Positions 19,499 through 29,348 of a stretch of DNA of 32,000 nucleotides are shown here, piece after piece. The stretch's first letter is position 1. Every line of letters starts with the position of its first letter. Source of the DNA: Pseudomonas aeruginosa (GTDB lineage: Bacteria; Pseudomonadota; Gammaproteobacteria; Pseudomonadales; Pseudomonadaceae); the NCBI RefSeq assembly GCF_001457615.1, contig NZ_LN831024.1:1980001-2012000 (forward strand). The letters are read 5' to 3'. Both the position numbers and the translations under genes were made by a program. Under the pieces are notes generated by a model, which was not told where the DNA came from, did not search any database, and worked only from the letters and a program-made list of their open reading frames with translations.

Positions 19499-21475
19499 TT
19501 ATTCCGTCTTCAGTTCGCGCAGATCGACGGCCTGTCCATCGAACAACTGGTTGGCGTTGGTCGGCAGGATGCTGGGTCGTCCCTCCGGGCCGCGAGTGCC
19601 GTCGATGACCCGGATGTCGCTGTATTTCTTGCCCGAGAGCGCGGCGAGACCGGCGCTGTCGCGGACCACCGTAGGACGCAGGAAGACCATCAGGTTGCGC
19701 TTGGTGTGGGTGTCCTTGGTGGAACGGAACAGGCGACCGAGCAATGGGATGTCCCCGAGCAGGGGAACCTTCGACTCGGCTTGGGAAACGTCGTCCTGGA
19801 TCAGGCCGCCGATCACGATCACTTGGCCGTTCTCGGCGAGGATGGTGCTCTTGATCGAGCGCTTGCTGGTGATCAGGTCGGTATTGTTGCGCTGCTGGGC
19901 GTTGGGCAGCAGGGCCGAGATCTCCTGCTCGATCTCCAGGCGCAGGGCCGCGCCGTCGTTGATGTGCGGAGTGACCTTGAGGCTGACGCCGATATCCTTG
20001 CGCTCCACGGTGGTGAACGGGTTGCTCGAACCTTCGCTGTTGGTGGTGTAGGAGCCGGTCTGGAACGGTACGTTCTGGCCGACCAGAATCTCCGCTTTCT
20101 GGTTGTCCAGGGTCAACAGGCTCGGGGTCGACAGCAGGTTGCTCTTGGTGTTGGCCGAGAGCGCGGTGACCAGCGCGCCGAAGCTGCTGCTGCCGATGCC
20201 GACGATGGCGCCGTCGGGGATGGATTCCGGTGCCTTGTTGCTCTCGAGCGATTGCAGCAGGGTGCCGATGGACAGTCCGGTATTGGCGAAGTTGGTCTTG
20301 GTTCCGCCCATGCCGCCCTTGTTGATCGCCCATTGCACGCCGACGGCATCCTGGATGTCGCCGGAGATCTCGACGATGGCCGCCTCCACCAATACCTGGG
20401 CACGCGGCACGTCGAGCTGGCGAACGATGTCTTCGAGAGCGTTGACCGTGTCCGGGTCGGCCAGCAGGACCAGGGCGTTGGTGCTTTCGTCGGCACGGAT
20501 GAGGATGTTGCTCGGTCGGCCGCCGCCGGTCTGTTCGCCGCCCTGGCCGCCATTGTTCTTCATGCCTTCGGAAATCTGGCCGAGGGTTTCCGCGAGGGTC
20601 TTGGCGTCGTTGTGGCGCAGGCGGATCACCCGGGTGTTGGCTGAGCGCGCGGTCGGGGTGTCCAGCGATTGCGCCAGTTGCACCAGCTTGGCGCGCGCCT
20701 GCGGCGGGCCGAGGATGATCAGGCGGTTGGTGCGCGCGTCGGCGATCACCTGGGCGCCCGCCGCGCCCTTGGCCTGGCCGCGGCTCATGGCGTTGTTGAG
20801 CACCTCGGCGGCGTCCATCACCCAGCCGTAGCGCAGGTTGATCACGCTGTAGTCGTGGCTGCCCTTCTGGTCGAGCTGGCGGATCACGTCTTCGATTCGC
20901 GCGATATTGGCGCTGCGGTCGCTGATGATCAGCGCGTTGGCCGAGGGCACCGCGGCGAGGTGGCCATATTGTGGGACCAGCGGACGGATCAGCGGGATGA
21001 GTTCCGATACCGGGCTCTGCTGCACCTGGATCACCCGCGTCTCCAGGCGATCCGGCGCGCTCTGGCCGCCGCCGGCCTCGGTCTTGGCCTCGGCGTTGGG
21101 CACGATGCGCGCCTGGTCGCCCTGGGCGACCACGGTGAAGCCGTGGGTGCTCATCACCGAGAGGAACAACTGGTAGACCTCGCTCAACGAGAGCTGGGCC
21201 TTGGAGACCACGCTGACCTGGCCCTTGACCCGCGGGTCGACGACGAAGGTCTCGCCGGTGATTTCGGAAATCTGGTCGATGAATTCGCGGATGTCGGCAT
21301 CCTTGAGGTTGATCGTCCAGTGCGCCTCCTGCTGGTTGCCGGCGGGGACGAAGGCGTTCCTGCCGCTGTCTTCGGCGTGCGCCACCTGGATGCCGAGGGC
21401 CAGGCTGAGAAGGACGGCGGGAACGTACGAACGACTGGAAGGGGCAAACAGGGCGCGGAGCAAAGGCTGGGACAT
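19499..21475 (-). CDS. xcpQ: Type II secretion system secretin (GspD)
   Basis: 658 aa from the ATG at 21475 (MSQPLLRALF...signal peptide...VAHAEDSG). Has N0-N3 and secretin domains. The track ORF extends 44 codons upstream into xcpP. Confidence 0.96.
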   Translation of the reverse strand: MSQPLLRALFAPSSRSYVPAVLLSLALGIQVAHAEDSGRNAFVPAGNQQEAHWTINLKDADIREFIDQISEITGETFVVDPRVKGQVSVVSKAQLSLSEVYQLFLSVMSTHGFTVVAQGDQARIVPNAEAKTEAGGGQSAPDRLETRVIQVQQSPVSELIPLIRPLVPQYGHLAAVPSANALIISDRSANIARIEDVIRQLDQKGSHDYSVINLRYGWVMDAAEVLNNAMSRGQAKGAAGAQVIADARTNRLIILGPPQARAKLVQLAQSLDTPTARSANTRVIRLRHNDAKTLAETLGQISEGMKNNGGQGGEQTGGGRPSNILIRADESTNALVLLADPDTVNALEDIVRQLDVPRAQVLVEAAIVEISGDIQDAVGVQWAINKGGMGGTKTNFANTGLSIGTLLQSLESNKAPESIPDGAIVGIGSSSFGALVTALSANTKSNLLSTPSLLTLDNQKAEILVGQNVPFQTGSYTTNSEGSSNPFTTVERKDIGVSLKVTPHINDGAALRLEIEQEISALLPNAQQRNNTDLITSKRSIKSTILAENGQVIVIGGLIQDDVSQAESKVPLLGDIPLLGRLFRSTKDTHTKRNLMVFLRPTVVRDSAGLAALSGKKYSDIRVIDGTRGPEGRPSILPTNANQLFDGQAVDLRELKTE

Positions 21476-21479
21476 CGGG

Positions 21480-22187
21480 TCAGTCGCTTTCCGTAGGCGT
21501 GGTCGTGGGCTCGCTCGAGTCTTCTTCGGCGGGTTCTGCGATGGGCGTGGCTTCCATCTGCTGGCGCAAGGCGTCCAGGCGCTCGCGCAATGCTGCAGCG
21601 TTCTCATCCTGCAGGCTTTGCAGTTGTTCGATCGAGTCGTTCTCGCTTGTAATGTCGTCCGCGCTGGCCAGCAGTCCCCCGGAACGGTGCGGGAAGGGCA
21701 GGCTTTCCAGGCGCCCGCCGCGCTGCAGTTCGACGCGGTCGCGGTAGACCGCGTGCAGCTTCACGCCGTCGCTGATCTCGCCGCCGACCGCGTAGCGGTG
21801 CGGCTTGTCGCCCTGGCGCTGGATGATCGCGCTGGACAGCTTGGGATCGCTCTGGACGAAGCTGCCCTTGAGCACCAGGTCGAGGTTGGTGGCCGGTGGC
21901 GGGGCGTTGGGGTCCTGGGCGCTGGTGCCGAAGAGGCGCGCCAGGCGGGTCGGATCGCTGCGGATCGACTCGTGGCTGACCGGCGAGGCGGCGACGGCTA
22001 CCGGGCTGCGTTGCAGGCGCAACCAGCCGGCCGCCTGCCAGGCGAGGCTGATGCTCATGGCGATGATCAGGGCAACAGCCAGAAGGGCCGGGGCGTACCG
22101 CTGCAGCCAGCGGGAAGAGGCGCCGGAGAAAGGCAATACATCACTCCTGGTCTTTATCGTTATGTCTGAAGATCGCCGAGGGATCAT
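21480..22187 (-). CDS. xcpP: Type II secretion system protein GspC
   Basis: 235 aa with an N-terminal TM segment (YAPALLAVALIIAMSISLAW), an HR domain and a C-terminal coiled-coil (IEQLQSLQDENAAALRERLDALRQQ) in place of a PDZ domain. Lies 4 nt upstream of xcpQ. Confidence 0.9.
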   Translation of the reverse strand: MIPRRSSDITIKTRSDVLPFSGASSRWLQRYAPALLAVALIIAMSISLAWQAAGWLRLQRSPVAVAASPVSHESIRSDPTRLARLFGTSAQDPNAPPPATNLDLVLKGSFVQSDPKLSSAIIQRQGDKPHRYAVGGEISDGVKLHAVYRDRVELQRGGRLESLPFPHRSGGLLASADDITSENDSIEQLQSLQDENAAALRERLDALRQQMEATPIAEPAEEDSSEPTTTPTESD

Positions 22188-22209
22188 AGCAGTTCGTTGC
22201 CAGTAGGCT

Positions 22210-22229
22210 ACCTACTTCTATCAATAGGT
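22210..22229. promoter_or_regulatory. las/rhl-box-like 20-mer ACCTACTTCTATCAATAGGT
   Basis: Fits NNCT-N12-AGNN, with all eight outer dyad positions (ACCT...AGGT) matching the recalled las-box consensus ACCTGCCAGATCTGGCAGGT. The inner positions are not symmetrical. Confidence 0.4.
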
Positions 22230-22274
22230 GTGACTGGCCGGGCCAGGCACGCTTGTGCTTAAGATAACGGCTCG

Positions 22275-22292
22275 CCAGGATACTTCTGCAAG
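22275..22292 (+). repeat. Direct repeat copy 1: CCAGGATACTTCTGCAAG
   Basis: 16/18 identical to the copy at 22369-22386, with 94 bp start-to-start. Confidence 0.6.
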
Positions 22293-22368
22293 AGGAACTC
22301 GGGATCGGCCGCACAAAACGACTAACAACTAACAATACTGACGGTAACCGTTCAGTGGTCATATACGA

Positions 22369-22386
22369 CCAAGATACTTCTGTAAG
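22369..22386 (+). repeat. Direct repeat copy 2: CCAAGATACTTCTGTAAG
   Basis: 16/18 identical to the copy at 22275-22292. Ends 20 nt before the xcpR ATG. Confidence 0.6.
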
Positions 22387-22406
22387 GTTACCGCTATAAG
22401 GCATCC

Positions 22407-23915
22407 ATGATGACAGCCCCATTACCCGACATCGCCGCGCCGGCCGCACCGCCACGGCGTCTGCCGTTCAGCTTCGCCAAGCGCCAGGGCCTGCTGTTCC
22501 TGTGCCTGGAGGAGCAGTACTGGCTGGCCTGCCGGCCGCAGGTGGAGCTGGCGGCGATCGCCGAGGCGCAGCGCTTCGCCGGCCGCCGCCTGCCGCTCAA
22601 GGCGCTCGGCGAGGACGCCTTCAACCAGGCCCTGGCGGCCTCCTACCAGCACGACTCCTCGGCGGCCATGCAGCTCGCCGAGGACCTCGGCGGCAGCCTG
22701 GACCTCGCCGCGCTGGCCGACCAGGTCCCGGAAACCGAGGACCTGATGGAGCAGGAGGACGACGCGCCGATCATTCGCCTGATCAACGCGATCCTCGGCG
22801 AGGCGATCCGCGAGAACGCCTCGGACATCCACCTGGAAACCTTCGAGAAACGCCTGGTGGTGCGCTTCCGCGTCGACGGCGTGCTGCGCGAGGTGCTGGA
22901 GCCCAAGCGCGAGCTGGCGGCCCTGCTGGTATCGCGGATCAAGGTCATGGCGCGGCTGGACATCGCCGAGAAGCGTATTCCCCAGGATGGGCGGATTTCC
23001 CTGCGGGTCGGCGGGCGCGAGGTGGACATCCGCGTCTCGACCCTGCCCTCGGCCAACGGCGAACGGGTGGTGCTGCGTCTGCTCGACAAGCAGGCCGGGC
23101 GCCTGAACCTGCAGCACCTGGGCATGAGCGAGCGCGACCGCAAGCTGATGGACGAAACGGTGCGCAAGCCGCACGGCATCCTGCTGGTCACCGGCCCCAC
23201 CGGCTCGGGCAAGACCACCACCCTGTACGCCAGCCTGACCACGCTCAACGACCGCACGCGGAACATCCTCACCGTCGAGGATCCGATCGAATATCACCTG
23301 GAGGGCATCGGCCAGACCCAGGTCAACGCCAAGGTCGACATGACCTTCGCCCGCGGCCTGCGGGCGATCCTCCGGCAGGACCCGGACGTGGTGATGGTCG
23401 GCGAGATCCGCGACCGGGAGACCGCCGAGATCGCGGTGCAGGCTTCGCTGACCGGCCACCTGGTGCTCTCGACCCTGCACACCAACAGCGCCATCGGCGC
23501 GATCACCCGCCTGGTGGACATGGGCATCGAGCCGTTCCTGCTGTCCTCCTCCATGCTTGGCGTGCTGGCCCAGCGCCTGGTGCGGGTGCTCTGCCCGGCG
23601 TGCAAGGAGCCCTACCGCGCCGACGAGGCCGAGTGCGCGCTGCTCGGCGTCGATCCCGCCGCGCCGCCGACCCTGCATCGCGCCCGCGGCTGCGGCGAGT
23701 GCCACCAGCATGGCTATCGCGGGCGTACCGGTATCTATGAACTGGTGGTGTTCGACGACCACATGCGCTCGCTGATCCACAACGAATCCTCCGAGCAGGA
23801 AATGACCCGGCATGCCCGCACCAGCGGACCGAGCATCCGCGACGACGGTCGGCGCAAGGTGCTGGAAGGCGTCACTACGGTCGAGGAAGTCCTGCGCGTG
23901 ACCCGGGAAGAATAA
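22407..23915 (+). CDS. xcpR: Type II secretion ATPase (GspE)
   Basis: 502 aa with Walker [10 protein letters not shown], Asp/His boxes and a tetracysteine Zn motif CPAC...CGEC. Confidence 0.97.
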   Translation: MMTAPLPDIAAPAAPPRRLPFSFAKRQGLLFLCLEEQYWLACRPQVELAAIAEAQRFAGRRLPLKALGEDAFNQALAASYQHDSSAAMQLAEDLGGSLDLAALADQVPETEDLMEQEDDAPIIRLINAILGEAIRENASDIHLETFEKRLVVRFRVDGVLREVLEPKRELAALLVSRIKVMARLDIAEKRIPQDGRISLRVGGREVDIRVSTLPSANGERVVLRLLDKQAGRLNLQHLGMSERDRKLMDETVRKPHGILLVTGPTGSGKTTTLYASLTTLNDRTRNILTVEDPIEYHLEGIGQTQVNAKVDMTFARGLRAILRQDPDVVMVGEIRDRETAEIAVQASLTGHLVLSTLHTNSAIGAITRLVDMGIEPFLLSSSMLGVLAQRLVRVLCPACKEPYRADEAECALLGVDPAAPPTLHRARGCGECHQHGYRGRTGIYELVVFDDHMRSLIHNESSEQEMTRHARTSGPSIRDDGRRKVLEGVTTVEEVLRVTREE

Positions 23916-25132
23916 TGGCCGCCTTCGAATACCTCGCCCTCGACCCCAGCGGTCGCCAGCAGAAGGGCGTGCTGGAGGCGGACAGCGCGCGCCAGGTCCG
24001 CCAGTTGCTGCGCGAGCGCCAATTGGCGCCGCTCGACGTGAAGCCCACCCGTACCCGCGAGCAGAGCGGGCAGGGCGGGCGCCTGACGTTCGCCCGCGGA
24101 CTGTCCGCGCGCGACCTGGCATTGGTGACCCGGCAACTGGCGACCCTGGTCCAGGCCGCGTTGCCGATCGAGGAGGCGCTGCGCGCCGCCGCGGCGCAGT
24201 CCACCTCGCAGCGCATCCAGTCGATGCTTCTCGCGGTGCGCGCCAAGGTCCTCGAAGGCCATAGCCTGGCCGGCAGCCTGCGCGAGTTTCCCACCGCCTT
24301 TCCCGAGCTTTACCGGGCGACTGTGGCTGCCGGCGAGCATGCCGGGCACCTCGGCCCGGTGCTGGAGCAACTTGCCGACTACACCGAGCAGCGCCAGCAG
24401 TCGCGGCAGAAGATCCAGCTGGCGCTGCTCTATCCGGTGATCCTGATGGTCGCTTCGCTGGCCATCGTCGGCTTCCTGCTGGGCTACGTGGTGCCCGACG
24501 TGGTCCGGGTGTTCATCGACAGCGGGCAGACCCTGCCGCTGTTGACCCGCGTGCTGATCGGCGTCAGCGACTGGGTCAAGGCCTGGGGCGCGCTGGCCTT
24601 CGTCGCGGCGATCGGCGGGGTGATCGGCTTCCGCTACGCGCTGCGCAAGGATGCCTTTCGCGAGCGCTGGCATGGCTTCCTGCTGCGCGTGCCGCTGGTC
24701 GGTCGGCTGGTGCGTTCCACCGACACCGCGCGCTTCGCCTCGACCCTGGCGATCCTCACCCGCAGCGGCGTGCCGCTGGTGGAGGCGCTGGCGATCGCCG
24801 CCGAGGTGATCGCCAACCGGATCATCCGCAACGAAGTGGTCAAGGCCGCGCAGAAGGTCCGCGAGGGCGCCAGCCTGACCCGCTCGCTGGAAGCCACCGG
24901 ACAGTTCCCGCCGATGATGCTGCACATGATCGCCAGCGGCGAGCGCTCCGGCGAGCTGGACCAGATGCTGGCGCGCACCGCGCGCAACCAGGAGAACGAC
25001 CTGGCGGCGCAGATCGGCCTGATGGTCGGCCTGTTCGAACCGTTCATGCTGATATTCATGGGCGCGGTGGTGCTGGTCATCGTCCTGGCCATTCTTCTTC
25101 CGATCCTTTCTCTCAACCAACTCGTGGGGTAA
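23915..25132 (+). CDS. xcpS: Type II secretion inner-membrane platform protein (GspF)
   Basis: 405 aa polytopic protein with duplicated GspF domains. Its start overlaps the xcpR stop (TAATG). Confidence 0.97.
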   Translation: MAAFEYLALDPSGRQQKGVLEADSARQVRQLLRERQLAPLDVKPTRTREQSGQGGRLTFARGLSARDLALVTRQLATLVQAALPIEEALRAAAAQSTSQRIQSMLLAVRAKVLEGHSLAGSLREFPTAFPELYRATVAAGEHAGHLGPVLEQLADYTEQRQQSRQKIQLALLYPVILMVASLAIVGFLLGYVVPDVVRVFIDSGQTLPLLTRVLIGVSDWVKAWGALAFVAAIGGVIGFRYALRKDAFRERWHGFLLRVPLVGRLVRSTDTARFASTLAILTRSGVPLVEALAIAAEVIANRIIRNEVVKAAQKVREGASLTRSLEATGQFPPMMLHMIASGERSGELDQMLARTARNQENDLAAQIGLMVGLFEPFMLIFMGAVVLVIVLAILLPILSLNQLVG

Positions 25133-25136
25133 TCGC

Positions 25137-25583
25137 GTGAATCAGAGCCGCCCATTGCAGCGTCGCCAACAGTCGGGCTTCACCCTGATCGAAATCATGG
25201 TCGTGGTGGTCATCCTCGGCATCCTCGCCGCCCTGGTGGTGCCGCAGGTGATGAGCCGTCCCGACCAGGCCAAGGTCACCGTGGCCAAGGGCGACATCAA
25301 GGCCATCGCTGCCGCGCTGGACATGTACAAGCTGGACAACTTCGCCTATCCGAGCACCCAGCAGGGCCTCGAGGCGCTGGTGAAGAAGCCCACCGGCAAT
25401 CCGCAGCCGAAGAACTGGAACAAGGACGGCTACCTGAAGAAGCTGCCGGTCGATCCGTGGGGCAATCCCTACCAGTACCTGGCGCCGGGCACCAAGGGCC
25501 CGTTCGACCTGTATTCGCTGGGCGCCGACGGCAAGGAAGGCGGCAGCGACAACGACGCCGACATCGGCAACTGGGACAACTGA
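25137..25583 (+). CDS. xcpT: Major pseudopilin (GspG)
   Basis: 148 aa from a GTG start. Prepilin-peptidase site [14 protein letters not shown] with Glu at +5. Confidence 0.96.
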   Translation: MNQSRPLQRRQQSGFTLIEIMVVVVILGILAALVVPQVMSRPDQAKVTVAKGDIKAIAAALDMYKLDNFAYPSTQQGLEALVKKPTGNPQPKNWNKDGYLKKLPVDPWGNPYQYLAPGTKGPFDLYSLGADGKEGGSDNDADIGNWDN

Positions 25584-25589
25584 CCGGAC

Positions 25590-26108
25590 ATGCGGGCTTC
25601 GCGCGGCTTCACCCTCATCGAGCTGATGGTGGTGATGGTCATCATCAGCGTGCTGATCGGCCTGGCGGTGCTCAGCACCGGCTTCGCCAGCACCTCGCGG
25701 GAGCTGGACAGCGAGGCCGAGCGGCTCGCCGGGCTGATCGGCGTGCTGACCGACGAGGCCGTGCTGGACAACCGCGAGTACGGCCTGCGCCTGGAGCGCG
25801 ATGCCTATCAGGTACTGCGCTACGACGAAGCGAAGGCGCGCTGGTTGCCGGTGGCGCGCGACAGCCACCGCCTGCCGGAGTGGGCGGAGCTGACCTTCGA
25901 GCTGGACGGCCAGCCGCTGGTGCTGGCCGGCAGCAAGGGCGAGAAGGAGCAGAAGAAAGGCACCGACCAGCCGCAATTGCTGATCCTCTCCAGTGGCGAA
26001 CTCAGTCCGTTCCGCCTGCGCCTGGCCGAGCGCGGACCCGAGGGGCGGGCGTTGTCGCTGAGCAGCGACGGTTTCCGCCTGCCACGGGTCGAGGTGGCGC
26101 GGCGATGA
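25590..26108 (+). CDS. xcpU: Minor pseudopilin (GspH)
   Basis: 172 aa with the leader SRG/FTLIELMVV. Confidence 0.95.
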   Translation: MRASRGFTLIELMVVMVIISVLIGLAVLSTGFASTSRELDSEAERLAGLIGVLTDEAVLDNREYGLRLERDAYQVLRYDEAKARWLPVARDSHRLPEWAELTFELDGQPLVLAGSKGEKEQKKGTDQPQLLILSSGELSPFRLRLAERGPEGRALSLSSDGFRLPRVEVARR

Positions 26109-26494
26109 GGCGCGCGCGCGGTTTCACCCTGCTGGAAGTGCTGGTGGCCCTGGCGATTTTCGCCATGGTCGCGGCCAGCGTGCTCAGTGCCAGCGCGCGC
26201 AGCCTGCAGAACGCCTCGCGGCTGGAAGACAAGACCCTGGCGATGTGGATCGCCGACAACCGTCTCAACGAATTGCAACTGGAACAGACGCCGCCCTCCA
26301 GCGGCCGCAACCAGGGCGAGCTGGAGTTCGCCGGGCGCCGCTGGGAGTGGCGCACCCAGGTCGACAGCACCGCCGAGCAGGATATGCGGCGGGTGATCGT
26401 CTGGGTCGCGGCGAAGCCCGTTGGCCGCGAGCGTGGCAGCATCGAGGAACGCGCCGCGGCGCGCCTCGTCGGTTTCCTCGGGAGCCAGCCATGA
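26105..26494 (+). CDS. xcpV: Minor pseudopilin (GspI)
   Basis: 129 aa from the ATG at 26105 (ATGA overlap with xcpU), with the leader ARG/FTLLEVLVAL. Confidence 0.93.
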   Translation: MRRARGFTLLEVLVALAIFAMVAASVLSASARSLQNASRLEDKTLAMWIADNRLNELQLEQTPPSSGRNQGELEFAGRRWEWRTQVDSTAEQDMRRVIVWVAAKPVGRERGSIEERAAARLVGFLGSQP

Positions 26495-27204
26495 GGCTAC
26501 AGCGGGGCTTCACCCTGCTCGAGCTGCTGATCGCCATCGCCATCTTCGCCCTGCTGGCCCTGGCCACCTACCGCATGTTCGACAGCGTGATGCAGACCGA
26601 CCAGGCGACTCGCGTGCAGGAGCAGCGCATGCGCGAGCTGGTGCGGGCGATGGGCGCGCTGGAGCGCGACCTGACCCAGGCGGTCGAACGTCCGGTACGC
26701 GACGAACTGGGCGATAACCGTGGCGCCTTCCTCAGCGAGGGCGAGAACGACCAGATCGTCGAATTCACCCGTGGCGGCTGGCGCAACCCGCTCGGCCAGG
26801 CGCGCTCGCGCCTGCAGCGGGTGCGCTGGTCGCTGTCCGGGGAGACCCTCGAACGCCGCTACTGGCTGGTTCTGGACCGCGCCCAGGACAGCAAGCCACG
26901 GGTGCAGCAGGTGCTGGACGGGGTTACCGCGCTGAGCTGGCGCTTCCTCGACAAGGAGCACAACTGGCAGGGCCACTGGCCGACCGACGAAGGCAGCGAG
27001 GAGGAGCGCCTGGAAAGCCTGCCGCTGGCGGTGGAGATGACCCTGGAGCACCGCCACTACGGCAAGCTGGTGCGCGTCTGGCGTCTGCTCGATCCGCCGC
27101 TCAAGCAGGACCAGCCGCAGGGCCAGCCGGGCGGCGAGAATGGCGAGAACGGCGAGGGCGGAGTGCCGCAGCCGCCGGAAGGCATGCCGGGGGCGCCGGA
27201 ATGA
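26491..27204 (+). CDS. xcpW: Minor pseudopilin (GspJ)
   Basis: 237 aa from the ATG at 26491 (ATGA overlap with xcpV), with the leader QRG/FTLLELLIAI and a Pro/Gly/Glu-rich C-terminal tail. Confidence 0.93.
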   Translation: MRLQRGFTLLELLIAIAIFALLALATYRMFDSVMQTDQATRVQEQRMRELVRAMGALERDLTQAVERPVRDELGDNRGAFLSEGENDQIVEFTRGGWRNPLGQARSRLQRVRWSLSGETLERRYWLVLDRAQDSKPRVQQVLDGVTALSWRFLDKEHNWQGHWPTDEGSEEERLESLPLAVEMTLEHRHYGKLVRVWRLLDPPLKQDQPQGQPGGENGENGEGGVPQPPEGMPGAPE

Positions 27205-28202
27205 GGCGCGGGCAGAACGGCGTCGCGCTGATCACCGTGCTGCTGGTGGTGGCGGTGGTGACCATCGTCTGCGCCGGGCTGATCATCCGCCAGCAGTTGG
27301 CGATACGCAGCAGCGCCAACCAGTTGCACGTGCGCCAGGCCTGGCACTATGCGCTGGGCGGCGAACGCCTGGCGGAAGCGGTGCTGCGCCGCGACCTGCG
27401 CCAGGGCGGCGAGAATACCCGCGAGCCGGTGGACCACCTGGGCGAGGCCTGGGCGCGACCGATGACGCCGTTCAAGCTGGACGACGGCGGCGAGCTGCGG
27501 GTGCGGATCGAGGACCCCAGCGGACGTTTCAACCTCAACGGGCTGGTGCGCAAGCGCAAGGTCAAGCCGGATTCGGTGAAGCAGTTCCGTCGCCTGCTGG
27601 CCACCCTGGGGATGAAGGAAGAGATCGTCCAGGGCTTGCCGGACCGGCTGGCCGACTGGCTCGACGCCGACCAGAATCCGCAGGGCGAGCAAGGCGCCGA
27701 GGACAACCAGTACCTGCTGGAGGCGCCGGCCTACCGCGCCGCCAACCGCAGTTTCAAGGACGTGTCCGAGCTGCGCCTGCTGAAATTGTCGGAAGCCGAC
27801 TATCGACGCCTGCTGCCGTTCGTCAGCGCCTTGCCCGAAGATGCGCCGCTGAACGTGAACACTGCCAGCGTGCCGGTGCTGGCCGCCATGTTCGAGATCG
27901 ATCCGGGACAGGCGGAAAACATCGTGGCGGCCCGTGGGCGAGAAGGCTTCCAGGAGAAGACTGAGTTCAGCAAGCACCTGAACGAGTTGGGATCAAAGGC
28001 AAGTAACGTCAACTTTGCCGTCGGCACCCGCTACTTCCAGGTGATCAGCGAGGTCAGCCTGGGCGACCGCCGGCAGGTGCTGGTGAGTACCTTGCAGCGG
28101 GGCAAGGACGGCAAGATACGCGTGATGGCCCGCGACATGGGGCAGGGCGGCCTGCCCATCCCGTCGACGGGCGGCGACGATTGGAAGAAGGACGAGCGAT
28201 GA
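27201..28202 (+). CDS. xcpX: Minor pseudopilin (GspK)
   Basis: 333 aa with the leader QNG/VALITVLLVV, which lacks the +5 Glu as is typical of GspK. ATGA overlap with xcpW. Confidence 0.95.
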   Translation: MRRGQNGVALITVLLVVAVVTIVCAGLIIRQQLAIRSSANQLHVRQAWHYALGGERLAEAVLRRDLRQGGENTREPVDHLGEAWARPMTPFKLDDGGELRVRIEDPSGRFNLNGLVRKRKVKPDSVKQFRRLLATLGMKEEIVQGLPDRLADWLDADQNPQGEQGAEDNQYLLEAPAYRAANRSFKDVSELRLLKLSEADYRRLLPFVSALPEDAPLNVNTASVPVLAAMFEIDPGQAENIVAARGREGFQEKTEFSKHLNELGSKASNVNFAVGTRYFQVISEVSLGDRRQVLVSTLQRGKDGKIRVMARDMGQGGLPIPSTGGDDWKKDER

Positions 28203-29347
28203 GTGGAGTGAGTGCGCTGTTCCTGCCGCCCGCCAGCACGGCGGGGGCCGATGGGGAACTGGCGGTATGGTGGGTGCAGGATGGCGAGTGCCGGCGCGCG
28301 CCGTTCGCCCAGGCGCTGGCGGAAATCCGTGCGCCCTGGCGGCTGTACCTGCCGGTGGAGGCGGTGACCGCCTGCGCGGTGAACCTGCCTACACAGAAGG
28401 CGCGCTGGTTGCGCCAGTCGCTGCCGTTCGCGGTGGAGGAACAACTGGCCGACGATGTCGAGCAGATGCATCTTGCCCTTGGTCCGGCGCTGGCCGACGG
28501 CCGCCACCGGGTATTCGCCGTGCAGCGCACCTGGCTTGCCGCCTGGCTGGCGCTGGCCGAGGGCGCGGGCAAGGCGCCGGCTTCGCTGCATGTCGATGCC
28601 GATTGCCTGCCGGGCGAGGGCAGTTGCCTGTTCTGGCTGGAAGAGCGCTGGTTGCTCGGCGGCAGCGGCGCCGTACGCCTGGCCTGCGGCAGCGAGGATT
28701 GGCCGGTACTGCGCGACAGTTGCCCGCCGCCGCAGCGGGCCTTCGCCGCGCAGGAGGTGGCGCCCCTGGAGGGGGTGGAAGTCCAGGCCCTGGCGGGCAA
28801 TCCGCACGTCTGGCTGAGCGAGCAGCCGCTGGGCACCGACCTGGCCCAGGCCGAGTTCGCCGCGCGCCAGCAGAGCAGCCAGTGGCGCCGCTGGCGGCCG
28901 CTGCTGGGGTTGGTCGGGCTGTGGCTGGTATTGCAATGGGGCTTCACCCTGCTCCAGGCCTGGCAGTTGCAGCGCGAAGGCGACCGCTACGCGGCGCAGA
29001 GCGCAGAACTCTACCGCCAGTTGTTTCCCGAGGACCGCAAGCTGATCAACCTGCGCGCGCAGTTCGACCAGCACCTGGCCGACAGCGCCAGCAGCGGCGG
29101 CGAGGGCCAGTTGCTCGGCCTGCTTGGCCAGGCCGCCACGGTGATCGGCGGCGAGCCGACGGTGAGCGTCGAGCAACTGGACTTCAGCGCCGCTCGCGGC
29201 GACGTCGCCCTCCAGGTGCGGGCTCCCGGTTTCGACGTGCTGGAACGGCTGCGTTCGCGTCTCAGCGAGTCCGGGCTGGCGGTGCAGCTGGGTTCGGCCA
29301 GCCGCGATGGCTCGACGGTCAGCGCGCGCCTGGTGATAGGAGGTTGA
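28199..29347 (+). CDS. xcpY: Type II secretion protein GspL
   Basis: 382 aa from the ATG at 28199 (ATGA overlap with xcpX). Cytoplasmic domain, one TM segment (LLGLVGLWLVLQWGFTLL) and a periplasmic domain. Confidence 0.92.
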   Translation: MSGVSALFLPPASTAGADGELAVWWVQDGECRRAPFAQALAEIRAPWRLYLPVEAVTACAVNLPTQKARWLRQSLPFAVEEQLADDVEQMHLALGPALADGRHRVFAVQRTWLAAWLALAEGAGKAPASLHVDADCLPGEGSCLFWLEERWLLGGSGAVRLACGSEDWPVLRDSCPPPQRAFAAQEVAPLEGVEVQALAGNPHVWLSEQPLGTDLAQAEFAARQQSSQWRRWRPLLGLVGLWLVLQWGFTLLQAWQLQREGDRYAAQSAELYRQLFPEDRKLINLRAQFDQHLADSASSGGEGQLLGLLGQAATVIGGEPTVSVEQLDFSAARGDVALQVRAPGFDVLERLRSRLSESGLAVQLGSASRDGSTVSARLVIGG

Positions 29348-29348
29348 G

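Larger units (their letters stand above)
22188..22406. promoter_or_regulatory. Divergent xcpPQ / xcpR-Z control region
   Basis: 219-nt spacer, conspicuously more AT-rich than its flanks, lying between two divergently transcribed operons. Confidence 0.7.

Noticed and set aside
21476-21607. 44-codon N-terminal extension of xcpQ in the track ORF. Similar upstream extensions occur for leuB, accD, metZ, purF, fimV, xcpY, the methyltransferase and the AraC gene.
   Set aside because: The extensions overlap the preceding gene or are Arg-rich. The internal starts restore canonical N-termini (signal peptide, Ntn-Cys, conserved first residues) and typical SD spacing or ATGA coupling. The resulting lengths match those I recall for PAO1.
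22381-22398. TGTAAG half-site upstream of xcpR, considered as a GacA upstream activating sequence (TGTAAG-N6-CTTACA).
   Set aside because: The second half reads GCTATA instead of CTTACA, so only one half-site matches. The hexamer is better explained as part of the 18-nt direct repeat.
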